Positions 23,430 to 34,377 of a DNA stretch of 64,000 bases are shown here, piece by piece (the first letter of the stretch is position 1; every line of letters begins with the position of its first letter). This stretch comes from Nitrospirota bacterium (lineage in GTDB: Bacteria > Nitrospirota > UBA9217): contig CAVPKD010000002.1 in the NCBI GenBank assembly GCA_963705595.1, forward strand, positions 261,962 through 325,961. Reading direction: 5' to 3'. The notes under the pieces were generated by a model. That model made no database searches. It was given only the letters and a program-made list of their open reading frames with translations, and was not told the origin of the DNA. A program made the translations under genes and the position numbers.

Positions 23430-24411
23430 CTATGATTTCATTCCGCGACCTCCGGATTCCCTGAATCCGCATTTGCATTTTAAGCCTCTGCCTTGCGTTC
23501 CGCCTGACAACAGGAACATCACCGCCATCCGGACCGCCACGCCGTTCGTCACCTGGTCGAGGATTACCGACGCACTGTCCGCCACCTCGGACGAGATCTC
23601 CACTCCGCGGTTCATGGGGCCGGGGTGCATGACCAGCACATGCTTTGCCGCGCGCTCGAGCCGCGCCTGGTTCAACCCATACAGTCTCGCGTACTCGCGC
23701 ACGCCCGGGAAGAGCCCCGCGGTCTGGCGCTCGAGCTGGAGCCGGAGCATCATGACCACGTCCGCTCCTTCGACCGCCTCGTCCATGTCGTAGTAGACCT
23801 GTGCTCCCATACGTTCGATCCCCGGCGGGATCATGGTCGGCGGGCCGCAGACCCTGACCTTCGCGCCCATGGTCGTGAGCCCGTAAATGTTCGACCGCGC
23901 CACCCGGCTGTGCGCGATGTCGCCCGACGATCGCGACCGTCAGCCCTTCGAGCCTGCCGAGCTTTTCGCGGATCGTGAACATATCGAGCAGCGCCTGCGT
24001 CGGATGCTCGTGGAAACCGTCACCGGCGTTGATCACCGAGCTCTTGAGCCGCGTGGACAGGTACTCCGGGGCGCCTGAGCAGGAGTGGCGGACGATGATC
24101 ATGTCGCACTTCATGGCCTCGATGTTCCGGGCCGTATCGAGGAGCGTCTCGCCTTTGACCACGCTGCTGGTCGAGGTCGAGATGTTGATCACGTCGGCGG
24201 AGAGCCGCTTGCCTGCCAGTTCAAAGGACGTCCGCGTCCGCGTGCTTGCCTCGTAGAACAGGTTGATCACGGTCTTGCCGCGGAGCGTCGGCACCTTCTT
24301 GATGTCCCGCTCGGACACGTCCTTGAACGTCGCAGCCGTATCCAGGATGAGCTTGATCTCGTCCGCGGCCATGCCTTTTATGCCGAGCAGGTCTTTTGAA
24401 CTGAGCGCCAT
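23430..24411 (-). CDS. pyrB: Aspartate carbamoyltransferase catalytic subunit. One indel near 23900.
   Basis: [13 protein letters not shown]...[23 protein letters not shown]...[12 protein letters not shown]...VAIVGD(IAHSRVA)RSN...[11 protein letters not shown]. Confidence 0.85.
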
Positions 24412-24482
24412 AGTCAAACCTTTAAGGGTCAAGGGACCATAGATCCTGGTGCCAAGGTAACGCATACCCCTAGACTCTGTTG

Positions 24483-25025
24483 TTATTCTCCCAGAATCAC
24501 TACCTTCTCTTCCACTCCATCCTCTGCCAGCATCACTTCCACCTTCTCCTTTGCCGAGGTCGGGAGGTTCTTGCCCACATAGTCGGCGCGGATCGGGAGT
24601 TCCCGGTGTCCCCGGTCCACGAGCACCGCGAGCTGGATGCGCTGCGGCCTGCCGTAGTCCATGATGCTGTTCAGCGCCGCCCGGATGGTCCTGCCGGTAA
24701 AGATCACATCGTCCACGAGCACCATGATCTTGTCCTGGATATCGAAGGTGATGTCCGTGGCCTGCGGCACCGGCTGGGACTTGCGCGTCGTCAGGTCGTC
24801 CCGGTACATGGTGATGTCCAGGCTGCCGACCGGCGGCTCCACTCCCTCGATTTCCTTTATCCTTGCGGCCAGCCGCTTGGCGAGGTGCACGCCGCCCCGC
24901 TGGATGCCGACGAGAACGAGGTCCTTCGCGCCTTTGTTCTTTTCCAGGATCTCATGGGCGATCCTCGTCAGCGCCCGGTCGATGCCGGCCTTGTCGAGGA
25001 TCAGTGCTTTTTCTTTGAGGCTCAT
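24483..25025 (-). CDS. pyrR: Bifunctional pyr operon attenuation regulator / uracil phosphoribosyltransferase PyrR.
   Basis: Intact 180 aa. ...[19 protein letters not shown]...ITMYRDD...[17 protein letters not shown] (PRTase motif). Confidence 0.9.
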   Translation of the reverse strand: MSLKEKALILDKAGIDRALTRIAHEILEKNKGAKDLVLVGIQRGGVHLAKRLAARIKEIEGVEPPVGSLDITMYRDDLTTRKSQPVPQATDITFDIQDKIMVLVDDVIFTGRTIRAALNSIMDYGRPQRIQLAVLVDRGHRELPIRADYVGKNLPTSAKEKVEVMLAEDGVEEKVVILGE

Positions 25026-25060
25026 CGTTCCTGTTCCCCAAATTCATTGAAAAAAGACAC

Positions 25061-25175
25061 AAAAAAACCTTCTCCCCAAACTGGGAAGAAGGTTCGCTTG
25101 TGTATACAGAGCGTTATTCCGCCGTTATGATTTTTCATTTCCTGCCCTTCCTGGCCTCTCAGGACCAGACTTAAA
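25061..25175 (-). promoter_or_regulatory. PyrR-type transcription attenuator in the pyrR leader. It has a PyrR-binding-loop-like stem (…GGUCCUGAGAGGCCAG…) followed by an intrinsic terminator (CCUUCUUCCCaguuuGGGGAGAAGG + U7).
   Basis: On the minus strand, 25168..25150 reads ctggtcctgagaggccagg, matching the UCCNGNGAGG core of PyrR binding loops. 25095..25061 forms a GC stem followed by ttttttt, 36 nt before the pyrR ATG. Confidence 0.55.
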
Positions 25176-25368
25176 GAGGATCGCTGTGACGGGCATACAA
25201 TACTCCTACAACCGTATTCCTGTCAAGAACTTTCTTCCCGTGGGAATTCACTATTTGTCCTGACAGTCGATCTTCCTGAAAGTATAGCACATTCTGTAGC
25301 AGGGCTCGATATGGACAAGCACCTGGCTGGGTGTAAAATTTTCTTTGATGGTATCGGCCATGTAGGTG

Positions 25369-25944
25369 TTAGCCGTTGATTTTCTTCAGCAGCCATGCCA
25401 TGTTCTTTCCCAGGTTCTTCATGGTCTGGACGCCTTCCACGTCATTGTTCACCTCGCCCGGTTGCCTGCCTATAGCCAGGTTCCAGTAGCTCGACCCCGG
25501 GATGATCATCTGATTGATGAGGAAGAATGAGTTGAGCGAATTAAAGACATGCATCGCTCCTGCGCGCCGCACTGCTACCACGCCCGCGCCCACTTTCCGT
25601 TTGAGCATATCACCGTTCGCGCGTGACACCATGCCACACCGCTCGATCAGGGCTTTCATGCCGGCGGATACGTCGGCGAAATACGTGGGCGATCCGAGTA
25701 GAATGCCGTCGGCTTTGAGCATCTTCTCGATGCATTCATTAATAATGTCCTTCTCCACTGCACAGCGTTTGTCCTTCTTCTCAAAACACTTAAAGCAAGC
25801 GATGCATCCCTGGATCGGCTTGCCCGCCAGCGCGTATATCTCGGTCTCGATACCCTCCGCCTTTAACTCCTCGAAAACCATATTCAGGAGAATGGACGTG
25901 TTCCCATCCTTCCGGGCGCTGCCGTTAAATGCTATGACCTTCAT
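25369..25944 (-). CDS. Iron-sulfur flavoprotein (Isf-like NADPH-dependent FMN reductase family).
   Basis: MKVIAFNGSARKDGNTS... with a compact Cys motif (CIACFKCFEKKDKRC) and a flavodoxin-like fold. Confidence 0.7.
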   Translation of the reverse strand: MKVIAFNGSARKDGNTSILLNMVFEELKAEGIETEIYALAGKPIQGCIACFKCFEKKDKRCAVEKDIINECIEKMLKADGILLGSPTYFADVSAGMKALIERCGMVSRANGDMLKRKVGAGVVAVRRAGAMHVFNSLNSFFLINQMIIPGSSYWNLAIGRQPGEVNNDVEGVQTMKNLGKNMAWLLKKING

Positions 25945-26150
25945 AATATCGCCTCCCCTATACCCTGATAAAATATTTTACTCATAGATCTTGACCGCAG
26001 GATTGTTATAACACAAAAAACGAATCATTAAAATGATATTTTATGTTATCGCTTTACGCACGGAACATGAGTGCGAGGACAGACCGTATTCTTTCAACAA
26101 ATGCCTTTACAACATTCCGCAGTGCGACTAAAATAATATTAAGGTGACGA

Positions 26151-26840
26151 ATGATCGAGCTGCATAATGTCAGCAGAATGTATGCACACGGGACAAAGGA
26201 AATCCAGGCTCTGCACGGCATTACGCTTAACATCAAGGCCGGAGAGTTCCTTGTGGTCATGGGGCCGAGCGGGTCAGGCAAGAGCACGCTCCTCAACATC
26301 ATCGGCGGCTTGGATCAGCCGACCTCAGGAGAGATCTTTATAGACAACCGGCCGCTCCATGGAATCTCTGATGACGAGCTCACGCTCATCAGGCGTAGGC
26401 GGGTGGGGTTCATTTTCCAGTTCTTCAATCTCCTGCCTATTCTGACGGCTGCTGAGAACGTGAGTCTTCCTCTCCTGCTTGAGGGCATCCCCTATCCAAA
26501 GGTCAAACCTAAGGCTGAGTCGCTCCTGCAAAAGGTTGGGCTGGGAGAGCGCACCGGGCACCGGCCTGAACAACTCTCCGGCGGCGAGATGCAACGCGTG
26601 GCGATCGCACGCGCGCTTATCGCCAGTCCGGCCGTGCTGCTGGCTGACGAGCCAACGGGCAATCTCGACACGCGCACGAGTGCGGAGATATTGCGCCTGC
26701 TCAAGGACCTGCACACCGAGGGCCAGACGATCGTCATGGTAACGCACGATTCGAAAGCTGCTGCTTACGGGACTAGGATCATCACGCTCCGGGACGGAAG
26801 CATATCCGAAGATACCCCTGCAGGGGGAGATGCATCATGA
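26151..26840 (+). CDS. ABC transporter ATP-binding protein (MacB/LolD-like).
   Basis: Walker [11 protein letters not shown]-loop, signature [15 protein letters not shown], and Walker [12 protein letters not shown]. Confidence 0.9.
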   Translation: MIELHNVSRMYAHGTKEIQALHGITLNIKAGEFLVVMGPSGSGKSTLLNIIGGLDQPTSGEIFIDNRPLHGISDDELTLIRRRRVGFIFQFFNLLPILTAAENVSLPLLLEGIPYPKVKPKAESLLQKVGLGERTGHRPEQLSGGEMQRVAIARALIASPAVLLADEPTGNLDTRTSAEILRLLKDLHTEGQTIVMVTHDSKAAAYGTRIITLRDGSISEDTPAGGDAS

Positions 26841-29428
26841 ATATCAGGAACCTCCTCCGCTTCATCAGCCTCAGGCGTTTAAAGCTGCAGAAAGTCCATA
26901 CAATCATGACGGTCACGGGGATATGCCTCGGCGTTGCGGCCATAATTTCCATCGGCATCGTGAACAAGAGCGTCTTGCGATCCTTCGAAGATTCGATTGA
27001 TCGCGTCACCGGCAGGGCCGCTCTTCAGGTCACGGGTCCAGCATCAGGGTTTCCCGAGGGCCTTATCGAACGTGTTCAGATCGTACCCGGCGTGGAATAT
27101 GCGGTCCCCGTGATCGATACGCAGGGCATTCTCTCCGACGCGAAAGAGCCTTCACTCATGATCCTCGGCGTTGATGTGCTCCAGGACTGCAACATCCGCG
27201 ACTACAAGCTCTCGGATGAGAGTGCCGATATCCCCGATCCACTTTTGTTCCTCGCTAGGCCTGACTCCATCCTCCTTACCCGCGCCCTCGCAGAACGCGA
27301 AGGGATAACACTCGACCAGAAGATCAAGGTTCAGACGGTACGCGGCATCCAGACCTTCCGCGTGCGCGGTCTGTTGAACCCCGAAGGCCCGGCCAGGACC
27401 ATGGGCGGCAACATCGCCATCATGGACCTGCCCGCGGCGCAGATGGCCTTCGGCAAGGAGGGACGCATCGACCGGATAGATGTCAGTCTCATGCACGGCG
27501 CTGATCTCGAGACCGTGCAAAGTCAAATTCAACAGGCGATCCCCGAAGGTTACAGCGTCGATACGCCTGCCGGTCGCACCAAGCAGGTCGAGATCCTCAT
27601 CTCCCACTTCCAGAAGAACATCAACCTAATCAGCTTTATCGCCGTGTTCGTCGGCATGTACCTCATTTACAACGCCGTATCAATTTCCGTAGTGCAGCGG
27701 AGAAAAGAGATAGGCATCCTGCGCGCCCTCGGCACTACCCGAAGCCAGATCATCAGGCTCTTCCTAAGTGAAACCTTCATTATCGCGATCGTGGGCTCTG
27801 CGCTCGGTGTCGGGGTAGGCATCTTTTTTGCCCGGTCGGCGATGGATACGGTGGGACAAGCCGTATCCGAACTGTACCTGAGGACATCGGTCACTGAAGT
27901 CTCCATCTCTGGTGTGAACCTCGTGTCCGGGTTTTTCACGGGCATTGTGGCGAGTCTTGCTGCTGCTTTCTTCCCGGCGCTCACAAGCACGCGAATAACG
28001 CCGATATCGGCCATCCGTTCCGTACCCTATTCCGAAGAGGGGTTTCTCTCGGGAAGAAGACTCATGGTGGTCTCTGCATTACTGGTCTTCCTCGCAGTGA
28101 CACTGCTGATCCTTTATAAAACTTCAGAATCCTCCCCATACCTGCATTCCACACCAACCATGTTTACGGCCACGATATTCCTCCTCCTCGGGATTTCCCT
28201 CGCAACGCCCTCTGTTCTTCAAGCTTTTCTTGCGTTATTCCGTCGCATGGTCGCGCCTCACGTTGGTGCAGCAGGAAGGCTGGCGGGTCTCAACCTCCAG
28301 AAGAACCTCGGACGGAACGCCGTGGCAGCCGCAGCCATATTCTTTGGCATCTCGGTCTTCGTGAGTTCAGCCGGGATCATATACAGCACGAAGAAGTCAG
28401 TGCTCGATTGGATAGACTCGTACGTGCGCGGGGACATCATCGTGACCTCCGGTCACCCCATCGCAACCACGGGCGCGCAGAACATCCCCATGCCCGTTGA
28501 CATGTGGAAAGAGATCGAAAAGGTTCCTGGAGTGCTCTCGGCAGATCCGTTCCGGAAAATATATATCGGTTACCATGGCAGGCGCATCCTGCTCATGATC
28601 CTGGACATCCCGCGCAGGATGAGGTACAGCCCGTTCATGGTTGCGAAAGGAACCCGCGAGGACATGTTGCGACTGCTTCCCGACCAGAACTATATCACCA
28701 TGAACGAGGCGCTCGCTGCGCAGGAGCATGTCAAGCCGGGAGATGCGATCATGCTCCCGACACCGGAGGGACCGGTTGAATTCAAGATAGCAGTGATCAA
28801 CGTGGATTACAGCTCGGACTCAGGCTCTATCCTCATGGATATCCATACTTATCAGCGTTACTGGAAGGAATTTCTCGCAGATTCCTTCTCGGTACGAGTG
28901 AAATCGAAGGCAAATGTTGAAGCAGTGCGCGATGAGATCGTCAAAGAGTTCGGGATTGACCGTAAGCTGTTCGTGCTACCGGCCCGTGATTTCAAAAACG
29001 AGATCCGCAAGGTCATCGACCAGGGCTTTGCCGTCAACCATGCGATCAACATCATCACTATTCTGATTGCCTGTCTTGGCATCATCGTCACCCTGCTCGC
29101 GTCCGTGCTCGAGCGCACGCGCGAGATCGGGATCCTCCGGTCCATAGGCATGCTCCGGAGCCAGGTCTCGCGGGTGGTCGTGATCGAGTCCATGCTCCTC
29201 GGCGTCATCGGCGGTGCTCTCGGCGCAGGCGCGGGGATCATCATCGGGTGGATGAGCCTTGAAGGGTTCCTCAAGGCCGACTATGGCGCGAGCATGCAAT
29301 ACCATATCAATTACGCTTCGATCGTTTGGGCCATGGCGCTCTCGACGCTGCTTGCCGCTTTGGCCGGTATTTACCCGGCCCGACGCGCGGCGAAGACTAA
29401 TATCGTGGAGGCGCTTGCGTATGAATAA
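26837..29428 (+). CDS. ABC transporter permease with two FtsX-like (MacB/LolCE-type) modules fused into one 863-aa protein.
   Basis: Intact. Two repeats, each with a large periplasmic domain followed by three or four TM helices (…IGILRALGTTRSQI… and …IGILRSIGMLRSQV…). The start overlaps the ATPase stop. Confidence 0.85.
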   Translation: MNIRNLLRFISLRRLKLQKVHTIMTVTGICLGVAAIISIGIVNKSVLRSFEDSIDRVTGRAALQVTGPASGFPEGLIERVQIVPGVEYAVPVIDTQGILSDAKEPSLMILGVDVLQDCNIRDYKLSDESADIPDPLLFLARPDSILLTRALAEREGITLDQKIKVQTVRGIQTFRVRGLLNPEGPARTMGGNIAIMDLPAAQMAFGKEGRIDRIDVSLMHGADLETVQSQIQQAIPEGYSVDTPAGRTKQVEILISHFQKNINLISFIAVFVGMYLIYNAVSISVVQRRKEIGILRALGTTRSQIIRLFLSETFIIAIVGSALGVGVGIFFARSAMDTVGQAVSELYLRTSVTEVSISGVNLVSGFFTGIVASLAAAFFPALTSTRITPISAIRSVPYSEEGFLSGRRLMVVSALLVFLAVTLLILYKTSESSPYLHSTPTMFTATIFLLLGISLATPSVLQAFLALFRRMVAPHVGAAGRLAGLNLQKNLGRNAVAAAAIFFGISVFVSSAGIIYSTKKSVLDWIDSYVRGDIIVTSGHPIATTGAQNIPMPVDMWKEIEKVPGVLSADPFRKIYIGYHGRRILLMILDIPRRMRYSPFMVAKGTREDMLRLLPDQNYITMNEALAAQEHVKPGDAIMLPTPEGPVEFKIAVINVDYSSDSGSILMDIHTYQRYWKEFLADSFSVRVKSKANVEAVRDEIVKEFGIDRKLFVLPARDFKNEIRKVIDQGFAVNHAINIITILIACLGIIVTLLASVLERTREIGILRSIGMLRSQVSRVVVIESMLLGVIGGALGAGAGIIIGWMSLEGFLKADYGASMQYHINYASIVWAMALSTLLAALAGIYPARRAAKTNIVEALAYE

Positions 29429-30338
29429 CCATGACTTAACAATGAGAAAAAGCACATCACGTTACCGCGAAGGCGCGAGGAGCACCAAGAGAATCTTAAA
29501 TTTATTTCTTAATGCTTTTCAAAATCCTCAACATCCTTTCCGCGCTAGCGGATCTGTTTTTGTGTCCGGGCTTGGATTCTTGATTTCTGTTATTTTCTCG
29601 TCATTAGTATTTCTTCCCACAGCCCATGCCATGAGCGGACGTGAAGTATATGAGAAAGTGCATGAGGTGCGTTCGAATGCGCTCGATCGGAAGACCGAAG
29701 CGATTATGACTCTTTTTGACAAGGGCGGCGGCAAGCGGACGAGAACCCTCACGGAATACAGCAAGAAAGCAGACCCCGAGGCGTATAAGGTTCTCGTTGT
29801 GTTCAAGAGCCCCCCGGACCTCAAAAACGTCGGGTTCCTGATCCATGCTCATACCTTCGCCGGACGCGATCTCTGGGCCTATTTCCCTGAATACAAACGC
29901 GTCAGGCGCATTCCTACAAGCTCGCAGGATGATTCCTTCTTCGGGTCGGATTTTTCGTATGACGACTTCGGCGGCCCGCCGAACCTCGACGACTATAAGT
30001 TCAGCATCTTGAAGGAAGATGTTGTCGGTGACAAGCCCTGCTACGTGGTCGAGGTCACGCCAAAGATCCATCGCAAATACACACGCTACGTTGCCTGGGT
30101 TGCAAAAGACCTCTGGATTCATCTCAAGATCGATTACTATCAGGAAAAAGAGCTGTACCGTACCGGAGCGTTCACGGATATCCGCATCATCGACGGCATC
30201 CCTACACCGTTCAGGCTCGAAATGGAAAACAAAAAGACCAGCCACCGGACAGAACTTACGGTCGAGAGCATCCTGTATCATACCCATTTTTCAGACGACC
30301 TCTTCTCTCAACGGTCGCTTGAGCGTGCGGGAAGATAG
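29421..30338 (+). CDS. Periplasmic LolA-like (outer-membrane lipoprotein-sorting-type) protein with a signal peptide.
   Basis: The start overlaps the permease stop (ATGAATAA). Signal sequence ...FLISVIFSSLVFLPTAHA. The body resembles the LolA/DUF1329-like fold (DLWAYFPEYKRVRRI...). Its position after an FtsX permease supports the call. Confidence 0.55.
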   Translation: MNNHDLTMRKSTSRYREGARSTKRILNLFLNAFQNPQHPFRASGSVFVSGLGFLISVIFSSLVFLPTAHAMSGREVYEKVHEVRSNALDRKTEAIMTLFDKGGGKRTRTLTEYSKKADPEAYKVLVVFKSPPDLKNVGFLIHAHTFAGRDLWAYFPEYKRVRRIPTSSQDDSFFGSDFSYDDFGGPPNLDDYKFSILKEDVVGDKPCYVVEVTPKIHRKYTRYVAWVAKDLWIHLKIDYYQEKELYRTGAFTDIRIIDGIPTPFRLEMENKKTSHRTELTVESILYHTHFSDDLFSQRSLERAGR

Positions 30339-30364
30339 AAAGCATCAACCACAGATTTGCCCGA

Positions 30365-31810
30365 ATGAACACGGACAATAAATTTAGAAAAGATCCCTTC
30401 AATGCAATCTCCCTTCACCCCCCTTTCCCGATGGAGGGTTGGGGGGATTTGATCCCCATACTCATCGTATGTATGACGCTTTCTATCGTCTCCCCTGCCT
30501 TCGCCGACGAAACCCTCTCTGTCTCCGGCAGGTTGGATCTGCGCGGGGTGTATGCCCTTGATGACGACAGCGTGAAGGAAGACCCCGGCCTTGTCGGCAG
30601 GATCAAGATCGACACGGCGACATCAGCGTGGCGGTTCCACACATGGCTCGAGGGCGGGTGGGACGGCACGGTCAAGAGGCCGCCGAGGGACCCATCGCTC
30701 TTCAAAAACTACGATGAGGTCTATCAGAGCAACACGCCCTACCTGGAGTTCAAAGAGATCTATGTAGCTTACTCATCGAATGGTCTCGATTGGCGAGCAG
30801 GTATCCAGCGCTTTGCCTGGGGAAGGCTTGACGAGTATCCGCCGAACGACCTCTTGAATCCCTGGGACTATACCCAGTTCCTCAGAAAACCGCTCGAAGA
30901 CCGGAAGATCGGCGTCCCCTCTGTCTCTGCGACGTTGAGTAAGGGAGACTGGACCCATGAAGTAGTCTGGGTCCCGGTCTTCGTTCCCTACCGGCTCCCC
31001 ATGCCCGACGAGCGCTGGGCGGGGATATCGACGGCTGCAACAATATCCCGAACGTTCCCGAACGCCGAAATCACTCCCCAAGAGCCTGACCTGCCTGACC
31101 GTACGTTCTTGCAGGGAAACTTTGGGCTGCGTGTGAAGCGCACCGGAGATATCGAATGGGCGTTAAACCTGTTTCACGGTTATGACCCCCGGCCTCAGTT
31201 CAAAACAACAACACTCTCGATCACGCCGCAGGGCGGAAATATCATCATTGATCCGGGTTATGTGCCTTCCTTCCACCGGATTACTTCAATCGGTTTCGAC
31301 GCTGCAGCAGTACGGGGAGACTTGAGCATCCGGGCCGAGACAGCCTATGCCATTGACCGCTACCTCGATATCCGCCGCGAACTCTGGGGATATCCAACCG
31401 TACCCTCGCCGGGTGTGTTCCCCCTTAATCCTATCGAGCAGCAGCACAATACTTTGGATTATGGCATGGGAGTGGATTACCGGCTGTTCGAGGACGGGCT
31501 TTTGACCGTGCAGGCGCAGCAGACGATCATCTTCGGAAATGTTGACTCGCTATATGAAAGAAAAGTGGAAACCATCATCTGGGCGAACGTCAGGGTCGGT
31601 TTTATGAACCAGAAGATCGAAACGAACCTCAACGTCGCCTATAATCCCGAGCACGGAGATCACATGACAAAGGCGAATGCGTTCTATGTCTTTTCGGATT
31701 TCTGGAAGTCGGGACTCACCGCGGTCACTTTCAACGGACCGCCGCAGTCGATCTTCGGCAGGTACTCAAGGAACGATCAATTGGAGGCGGAAGTCATGTA
31801 TTCATGGTAG
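30365..31810 (+). CDS. Outer-membrane beta-barrel protein (DUF1302-like). The start may be the internal Met at 30431.
   Basis: Signal peptide ...LIVCMTLSIVSPAFA, many alternating amphipathic beta-strand segments, and a C-terminal aromatic residue (…EVMYSW). Confidence 0.5.
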   Translation: MNTDNKFRKDPFNAISLHPPFPMEGWGDLIPILIVCMTLSIVSPAFADETLSVSGRLDLRGVYALDDDSVKEDPGLVGRIKIDTATSAWRFHTWLEGGWDGTVKRPPRDPSLFKNYDEVYQSNTPYLEFKEIYVAYSSNGLDWRAGIQRFAWGRLDEYPPNDLLNPWDYTQFLRKPLEDRKIGVPSVSATLSKGDWTHEVVWVPVFVPYRLPMPDERWAGISTAATISRTFPNAEITPQEPDLPDRTFLQGNFGLRVKRTGDIEWALNLFHGYDPRPQFKTTTLSITPQGGNIIIDPGYVPSFHRITSIGFDAAAVRGDLSIRAETAYAIDRYLDIRRELWGYPTVPSPGVFPLNPIEQQHNTLDYGMGVDYRLFEDGLLTVQAQQTIIFGNVDSLYERKVETIIWANVRVGFMNQKIETNLNVAYNPEHGDHMTKANAFYVFSDFWKSGLTAVTFNGPPQSIFGRYSRNDQLEAEVMYSW

Positions 31811-33211
31811 CACCACAACCCGGTTCCTGCCACGCTCTTTCGCTTTGTAGAGCGCGGTATCCGCACGGGAAAAAAGCCTGTCAAAGCTCGTATCGTCATC
31901 TCTTTGCATCGTCACCCCAGCGCTCAAGGTGACCGTTGCCTCCCTTACTCCGTCGCCGATGGTCTCACGATGAATGATCTTTCTGATCCTCTCCGCAACC
32001 ACGACCGTATCTTCCAGATACGATTCCGGACAGATGATGAGGAACTCCTCTCCGCCTACCCTCCCGATAAGGTCGTGCTTCCGGAGGGCCTCTTTCATCC
32101 GCGCGGATATGACCCGGAGAACGACATCGCCGAAGAGATGGCCATGAGCATCGTTGATCGTCTTGAAGTGGTCGATGTCGAGCATGATGAGACTGAGCGG
32201 CCGGCCGGTGCGCTTCGAGCGCTGGAATTCCTCTTCGAGTCGTTCCACGATGTACCGGCGGTTCCGGAGGCCCGTCAGCTCGTCGGTGATCGCCACATGC
32301 TTCAGGTGCGTCTGCGTCTCGTTCAGCCGCTTGATGAGCTTCACGAGCTCATCATCCGTTTTCTTTTCCATGATATCCCGGTGGGTCTCTACCATGGCGA
32401 GGATCTGCCCATGACCGTTCCTGACGGGAGAGGCGGTGATCTCGATCTGATGCTCGTCTCCCTGTACGTTGTAATGGGTGTGGATCACCTTGGCTACTTG
32501 CTCGCCACGCTCAAATATCAGAGAGTGGGGGCAGACTATGTGAGGACTGTCGCAGGGCGCATGCCTCCGGTGCGCAACCTCGAAGCATTTTCGGCCAATC
32601 ATATCAGACTTTTCCAGACCGAGTGAAGCGGTGGCCGCCGAGTTGGCATCAAGGATCGTGTAATCCCTGCCAATGACAATGACACCGTCCCCCATCCCCT
32701 CCATGATGTGCTCCAGGAACAGCCTTGCCTGTTCATTCTCCTGGACCGTGCTCTTGAGCTTGCTGACCAGCCGCTCGTTATAGACCTTCAAAAAGACCGG
32801 CTCATCCAGGGGGACAGGGGAGGTACCAGACGGACGGCTTTGTCCCCCTTCCGCAAGCACCTCTTTCACGGTACGTATGATTTCAGAATCCTCCGCAGGC
32901 TTGACCAGATATCTCGACACGCCGATCTTGCGTGCAAGCTCCTGGTCTTTCTTATCGAGATAACTACCGGTATAGAATACGACCGGGACATCCTTCAGGG
33001 CATCGTCTCCTCTCATCTTTCTCAGGAACTGGAATCCATCCAAGCCCGGCATGAGGACATCAGTGATCACGAGTGACGGATGCTCCGCTTTCGCTTTTTC
33101 GAGTCCATCCTCACCGTCTCCCGCCACCACAACATCGTACCCTTCGGAGACGAGGATGTTCCGAAGAATGGTGCGCATGATATCACTGTCATCAATGACG
33201 AGTATCTTCAT
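31802..33211 (-). CDS. Response-regulator receiver / PAS / GGDEF diguanylate cyclase.
   Basis: Intact 469 aa. REC (DDSDIMR...ITDVLMPGLDG), a PAS domain, and GGDEF with an intact GGEEF. Confidence 0.85.
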   Translation of the reverse strand: MKILVIDDSDIMRTILRNILVSEGYDVVVAGDGEDGLEKAKAEHPSLVITDVLMPGLDGFQFLRKMRGDDALKDVPVVFYTGSYLDKKDQELARKIGVSRYLVKPAEDSEIIRTVKEVLAEGGQSRPSGTSPVPLDEPVFLKVYNERLVSKLKSTVQENEQARLFLEHIMEGMGDGVIVIGRDYTILDANSAATASLGLEKSDMIGRKCFEVAHRRHAPCDSPHIVCPHSLIFERGEQVAKVIHTHYNVQGDEHQIEITASPVRNGHGQILAMVETHRDIMEKKTDDELVKLIKRLNETQTHLKHVAITDELTGLRNRRYIVERLEEEFQRSKRTGRPLSLIMLDIDHFKTINDAHGHLFGDVVLRVISARMKEALRKHDLIGRVGGEEFLIICPESYLEDTVVVAERIRKIIHRETIGDGVREATVTLSAGVTMQRDDDTSFDRLFSRADTALYKAKERGRNRVVVLP

Positions 33212-34377
33212 TTGACCTGGTACCGTATGAGCCTTAAGAAATGGTCGACAAGATCGGGATTAAAGGTGGTCCCCTTCCCGCTGGTCAGGACTTCAACGAT
33301 CTTCTCGATCGGGATGTCGCCCTGGTATGAACGCTTGCTGCGCATGGCATCGAACACGTCGGCGACGCTGATAAGCTGGCTTGCGATGTTCGGTCTCCAT
33401 CCGCCCTTGATCGAAGGGTATCCACTCCCGTCATATTTCAGATGATGTTCCAGAGCGGAAAGCACGGCGAGTTTGGGGATCCCCTCGATCCCCATGAGGT
33501 ACCGAGCGCCCTTCACCGTGTGGGTCTCGATGATCTTACGTTCATCCTGGGAAAGCTTGCCTGGCTTGCTCAGTATCTCTTCAGGTATAAAGATCTTTCC
33601 GACATCATGGAGCAGGGAAGCGACCCCGATCTGGTGCAGATGCTCACCAGTAAAGCCCAGTGTTTCCGCCTGGCTCATGGTCAGGATGCAAACATTCGTG
33701 ACGTGGGTAAACGTATATTCATGGGCGGACTTGAGCGATGCGAGGAGACTCAACGGGTTGATCTCCTCACGGAACGCCTGGATGAATGCCTTGACCATTT
33801 CGTCCACGCCGTGGACGTCGATCTTCTTGTGTTTCTTGATGCGGAGGTAGAGATCCTTCAGCTCATCAAGCTCTGTCTCCGTGAGCGAGAGCAGTTCCTG
33901 GATGACCTCCTGCGAAACTCCCTCGAGGGAGCCGCCCCCCTCCCCCTCTGCATGGTCATCATCTTTTTTAACCCTGAGTTCCACTTTGCCGAGTTTTATA
34001 AAAGAAGTGGAGCGGACCGATGCGGAATCGGGCGAAGCAAGGTCCTGTATAAGCACCTGAAGCTCGGTCCTCGGCAACCCAGCGACGAATGTCAATCGTT
34101 CAACCGCCTTTTTCTGCAGGATACGGGTGAAATTGCTTACATACGAAGTAGCCCCCGTTTCAGCAATCTGCCTGTTGTCCGCCACGAGGTCATTGCCAAT
34201 AAGAAAAATCGTCAGTTCCGGCTTGAGCTGAAGCATATCGGCAAGCACGGCATGCGCTTTTTCGACATATTGCGCCACCCGCGGATGGGTCGGTGAATAC
34301 AAGCTCGTGTTCGTGATCGCAGCGGTGAGCTGGGAGATCACCCGCGAGAGCCCTTCGTGGAAATCATATTCGGCCAT
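33208..34377 (-). CDS. HD-GYP c-di-GMP phosphodiesterase with an N-terminal DUF3391-like domain.
   Basis: HDVGKIFIPE...HHLKYDGSGYPS (HD and GYP motifs). The stop overlaps the GGDEF gene start. Confidence 0.85.
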   Translation of the reverse strand: MAEYDFHEGLSRVISQLTAAITNTSLYSPTHPRVAQYVEKAHAVLADMLQLKPELTIFLIGNDLVADNRQIAETGATSYVSNFTRILQKKAVERLTFVAGLPRTELQVLIQDLASPDSASVRSTSFIKLGKVELRVKKDDDHAEGEGGGSLEGVSQEVIQELLSLTETELDELKDLYLRIKKHKKIDVHGVDEMVKAFIQAFREEINPLSLLASLKSAHEYTFTHVTNVCILTMSQAETLGFTGEHLHQIGVASLLHDVGKIFIPEEILSKPGKLSQDERKIIETHTVKGARYLMGIEGIPKLAVLSALEHHLKYDGSGYPSIKGGWRPNIASQLISVADVFDAMRSKRSYQGDIPIEKIVEVLTSGKGTTFNPDLVDHFLRLIRYQVK

